This document shows, in pieces, positions 60,562 through 64,000 of a stretch of DNA of 64,000 bases. Below the pieces are notes generated by a model that was given only the letters and a program-made list of their open reading frames with translations, ran no database searches and had not been told where the DNA came from. How positions within the stretch are numbered: the first letter of the stretch is position 1; each line of letters begins with the position of its first letter. Position numbers and translations under genes: made by a program. The stretch is from an uncultured Gammaproteobacteria bacterium. Its GTDB lineage: Bacteria; Patescibacteriota; Microgenomatia; Levybacterales; GWA1-39-11. The stretch covers positions 15,369-79,368 of the forward strand of contig CAYRUR010000005.1 in NCBI GenBank assembly GCA_964427615.1. Direction: 5' to 3'.

Positions 60562-61476
60562 TTATAACCATTGTTTTTGTTGTAATTTGCTCAGTAATAA
60601 GTGGAAATACACGAGTCCTGCATATGAATTCCATTTTTTGGTAAGCTTTTTAATTTGTTCATAATCCGGACGTTTATCAAGACGCATAAGTAACATGATA
60701 TTTTTTTGTGCTCCCACATCATCTCCTGGAAAGGTGTCTATTCTTCCAAACCCACGCAAGAGTACGTATTCTGCACTCCAGCGACCAATACCGCGAATGT
60801 TCGTAAGACGGTTTACTATTTCCTCATTTGGTAGTTTTTCCATATCTTCAAATGAGAGTCTTTTTTCTACTAGGGCTTGGGATATGTTGATGATGGTTCG
60901 AGCTTTCTGGTAACTAAAACCTAATTTTTTTATTTCCTCCTCAGAAACAGAGGCAAAATCCTCAGGTGTTGGAAAAGCATATTGAACTCCTGTTGTATCT
61001 TCAAACTTTTTTCCATAATTTTGGGCTAATCTATTCAATAGTAAAATTCCTAGATCAAGTGTTATTTGTTGGCAAGCAATAGCATTGAGTAGTGCTTCAA
61101 AAATAGTGGGGAAGCGAGGAGGTTTTACTCCTTTAAATGTTTTGGTAAGTGGTAGTAAGTATTCGTCCTGTTGAGTGAGTTGATAAAATGTTTCTAATTT
61201 TCTATCAATGCCCAACATATATCGCAATTTTTCAGCAATTATTGGCTGTATTGCTTCTATCTCATTGTTGCTTTTTATAACGACTGTAAGTTCTGTTGCT
61301 GTTTTTTGTGTGACGATCACTTGAAACACTTTATTTTGAAGAACAAATACGCGATTATACTGCTTTCCATCCCACTGATCTACACTATTTGTGTGTCTTC
61401 TTCTTAATGTCCAAACGGTAAGATCAAGTCTGAAGGGTGGAGTAACAGGAAGAACAAATGTTTCTTCGTAGGTCAT
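60562..61476 (-). CDS. AlkA-like DNA-3-methyladenine glycosylase (HhH-GPD)
   Basis: FEALLNAIACQQ, FPTPE, RGIGRWSAEY, PGDD motifs. Confidence 0.88.
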   Translation of the reverse strand: MTYEETFVLPVTPPFRLDLTVWTLRRRHTNSVDQWDGKQYNRVFVLQNKVFQVIVTQKTATELTVVIKSNNEIEAIQPIIAEKLRYMLGIDRKLETFYQLTQQDEYLLPLTKTFKGVKPPRFPTIFEALLNAIACQQITLDLGILLLNRLAQNYGKKFEDTTGVQYAFPTPEDFASVSEEEIKKLGFSYQKARTIINISQALVEKRLSFEDMEKLPNEEIVNRLTNIRGIGRWSAEYVLLRGFGRIDTFPGDDVGAQKNIMLLMRLDKRPDYEQIKKLTKKWNSYAGLVYFHLLLSKLQQKQWL

Positions 61477-61512
61477 ATGCTTATGCTTCTTTTCCGAGGG
61501 TTTTCTGTCTTT

Positions 61513-62229
61513 TTAGTATCCTGAGAATTCTTCGGTTCTGATATTGTCCTCATTTACCTGAGCATCGGTTAATATCTGTCTCATCACAGCTACCATAGCA
61601 GCAGGGCCTGAGAGGTAGTAAATAGGGGTTGTTAAATCATTTACATACTTTGTAAGCATTTCTTTTGTAATGTGTCCGCTCTCGCCTTGCCACTGCTCAG
61701 GAGTGGTTCTTGTCATGACAGGAACAAAAGTAAAGTGAGGATTTTCTTTCGCAAGGCTTTCTAATTCATTTAAAAATGCAGTATCTTGTGGTGTCTTATT
61801 AGAGTAGAAGAGAATTATTTTATGAGGAAGTTTATCTTTTGTTGCCTGAGCAATAATACTTTTGACTGGTGTAATGCCAATTCCGCCTGTTAAAAATACA
61901 GCAGGGGTGGTCTCTGTTTTGTGCAACACAAAACTACCATAGGGAGCATCAAGCTTTACCTCAGTTCCAATTGGCATATCTTTAAGTACTCTTTTAAAAG
62001 CGGTGTCACGCATGCGGGTTGCAATCATTAAGTCTTTTTCATATGGTGCGTGCGCCAATGAGAAGGCGTGTACGTTGCCTCCCTCATCTATTTCAGGAGG
62101 ATTGATGAGAGTAAAATCACCAAATTGTCCAGCTCGGAATTCAAATCCTTCAGGCTTTTGAAAATAAAAAGCCATGGTTCCATTGGCAATATCTTCTTTT
62201 TTTAGTAGTTTGATGGTAAATACTGGCAT
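61513..62229 (-). CDS. FAD-dependent ferredoxin-NADP reductase-family oxidoreductase
   Basis: FRAGQF, AFSLA, GGIGITP, YLSGP, EEFSGY motifs. Confidence 0.88.
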   Translation of the reverse strand: MPVFTIKLLKKEDIANGTMAFYFQKPEGFEFRAGQFGDFTLINPPEIDEGGNVHAFSLAHAPYEKDLMIATRMRDTAFKRVLKDMPIGTEVKLDAPYGSFVLHKTETTPAVFLTGGIGITPVKSIIAQATKDKLPHKIILFYSNKTPQDTAFLNELESLAKENPHFTFVPVMTRTTPEQWQGESGHITKEMLTKYVNDLTTPIYYLSGPAAMVAVMRQILTDAQVNEDNIRTEEFSGY

Positions 62230-62401
62230 ATCTTTTTCTTATTTCCAACAATTACACTTTTTAGCATAATACATTTTTGATTTTCATTGTATTAACAATA
62301 ATACAAAGTTTTATGCTTATGTATTAAGTATAGCAAATTATAACGCATATGTGTTATAGAAAATTAACACTTGACTTATTTTTTCTGTATATGTCTAAAT
62401 A

Positions 62402-63724
62402 ATGCTAGATATGAAAAAGAAGAAGAGCATTAAAAGCTCCAAAAAGATTGCCAAAAATAGACGTTCTCTCCCTTTGAGTAACTACATAATAGCAGTAATT
62501 GGATTGTTAGCAGTAATACTAGTTGGTAAGGCTCTATTGCATGTTCAGAACCATAGTGTGTTGGGAACTCAGACGTTATTAGCAAGTAAAGGGAGTGGAT
62601 CAGATTCATCAGGAAGTGGTTCTTCAGGAAGTGATAGTTCGGACTCAGATGATTCATCAAAGAGTGGATCCTCAGGTTCAGATTCTTCTGATGACTCTTC
62701 CAGTTCTTCTGATTCAGGGTCATCCGGAAGTGGCAGTTCGGGTTCTAGTACCAGTGGTAGTTCTGGAAGTGGATCAGGAAGTAGTTCAGGAAGTTATGAT
62801 ACTGCAGTTTCTGGAGGTACCACTGTTAACTGTACTGGTCCTGATGGAAAGCAATTTGAGACTACATACTCCAACTGCGAAAATCTTAATAAGTCCTGGG
62901 GTAATACTAACTTTTCTTTTACCATCATTTCTAATCCAACTCACAAAAGTGAGACTCGTACACGAATACGACCAACGAGTACACCAGAAATCTCTCATGT
63001 TCCTGAAGTAGAAAATGAAGATGATGATGCAGGACTTCGTACTCGTACAGAGTCAAAACAAAATGAGACAAGAACAGAAGTAAGGTTTTCTGAAACAGAA
63101 CGGATTAGAACAAGAACAAAAGATGGAAGAACCCGGATAGATATTACCTCAGGTGGTATAAAGACACGGCTTGAATATAGAGATGGAAGAGTGATTGTTA
63201 AGGCAGAACAGGAGGATGGAACGGAAGTAGAACTTGCGGATGATACTATCTTTAAGATTGATCAGCGGTTGGGGACAAGTGGTATAAAGGTTGCAACAAC
63301 TGGGGCAGAGCATTTTGTTCTTGAGCGGGGAAGTGCCGGAGCAATAACTAATTTCCCACTATCTATTGATTTGGCTACCAATACCCTTATGGTGAATACC
63401 CCTGCCGGACAAAAAACAGTTACAGTGCTTCCAGACCAGGCAATACAAAACCTTATTGCAGCAAATGTAGTGAATAGGCTTGGAGGTCAAGCAATCATTG
63501 ATGAAGAGTTAAATAAGAATCTAACCTCTGTAAGTCAGCTGATTACATTGGGAGAGCGGAATGGTGTTCCAATATATGAAATAAATGGAATATCAGATCA
63601 AAAACTGCTTGGATTTATTCCAATTACTATTGAAAAAGAGATAGAAGTATCTGCTATAACTGGCGAAGTGGTGTCTTCCCAAACTTCCTTGAGTGATAAA
63701 ATACTCGACTTCTTATCTTTCTAA
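62402..63724 (+). CDS. Membrane-anchored exported protein with long Ser/Gly/Asp linker
   Basis: N-terminal TM, ~70-aa S/G/D tract, Cys pair, RTRT-rich beta segment, C-terminal PIYEI..KLLGFIPI..VSAITG domain. Confidence 0.75.
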   Translation: MLDMKKKKSIKSSKKIAKNRRSLPLSNYIIAVIGLLAVILVGKALLHVQNHSVLGTQTLLASKGSGSDSSGSGSSGSDSSDSDDSSKSGSSGSDSSDDSSSSSDSGSSGSGSSGSSTSGSSGSGSGSSSGSYDTAVSGGTTVNCTGPDGKQFETTYSNCENLNKSWGNTNFSFTIISNPTHKSETRTRIRPTSTPEISHVPEVENEDDDAGLRTRTESKQNETRTEVRFSETERIRTRTKDGRTRIDITSGGIKTRLEYRDGRVIVKAEQEDGTEVELADDTIFKIDQRLGTSGIKVATTGAEHFVLERGSAGAITNFPLSIDLATNTLMVNTPAGQKTVTVLPDQAIQNLIAANVVNRLGGQAIIDEELNKNLTSVSQLITLGERNGVPIYEINGISDQKLLGFIPITIEKEIEVSAITGEVVSSQTSLSDKILDFLSF

Positions 63725-63813
63725 TCTTTTTGTAGGTATCCCTATTTTTTAAAATTGGTGAATATCAATTTATCTTTTTTAGAATAGGGGGTCATTGTTT
63801 CTTTATACTATTG

Positions 63814-63983
63814 CGATAACCAGTGAGATATAGAAAAAGAGCACACAGGGAAGAGATAGGATAGAGGTTGGGAAGTATTCCCGCTGTTAACAGTGGGAAA
63901 CTTCCCATGTCCTCCTATCAAGCTATGGATTGTTTCGTTTACGTGTATGTCTCCATAGCCATAATCTCCACCAAAGGTTGTCG
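63814..63983 (+). ncRNA. Structured ~170-nt ncRNA, 6S RNA-like architecture
   Basis: Closing stem CGATAACC/GGTTGTCG, A-rich bubble, long apical hairpin 63855-63919, second hairpin GCTATGGA/TCCATAGC; TATACT at 63804-63809. Confidence 0.55.
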
Positions 63984-64000
63984 ACTTTCTGACTTAGGTA

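Noticed and set aside
62595-63011. 138-aa alternative-frame ORF
   Set aside because: By-product of the low-complexity Ser/Gly codons in the main gene
63964-63973. ATCTCCACCA resembling a tmRNA or tRNA 3' end
   Set aside because: No T-arm (GTTCRA) upstream and no matching 5' acceptor strand; better explained as part of the closing stem

Overview
AT-rich, gene-dense chromosomal window using the standard genetic code (TGA acts as stop). Gene content and style (short TsaB, archaeal-type AspRS, wHTH-NTase-like protein next to secDF, many Pro/Thr-rich exported proteins) suggest a Patescibacteria/CPR genome, probably Microgenomates; this placement is inference. Contents in order: Nramp transporter, prfB, ftsEX with a coiled-coil/C39-like hydrolase, tsaE-tsaC-tsaB, a ~12 kb nucleotide-sugar/GT2-GtrA/GT-C locus, secDF, cca, recJ, aspS, gltX, obg, a class F sortase with a tiny PPTTG-tailed partner, murI, a class A PBP, a polymerase-only PolA, a MarR-MacAB-type efflux operon and an accessory run of small enzymes. 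I found no rRNA, tRNA, CRISPR array, integrase or transposase. Best unannotated signals: (1) a ~170-nt structured RNA with 6S-like architecture at 63814-63983; (2) a leader-peptide attenuator with mutually exclusive terminator/antiterminator upstream of an orphan gene (32535-32729); (3) the sortase F plus anchorless 45-aa Thr/Pro peptide module; (4) mosaic palindrome/heptamer repeat cassettes in three intergenic regions; (5) window-wide leaderless-type promoters; (6) two small ORFs below the ORF-track cutoff. All product calls come from motif recognition only; no database searches were run.
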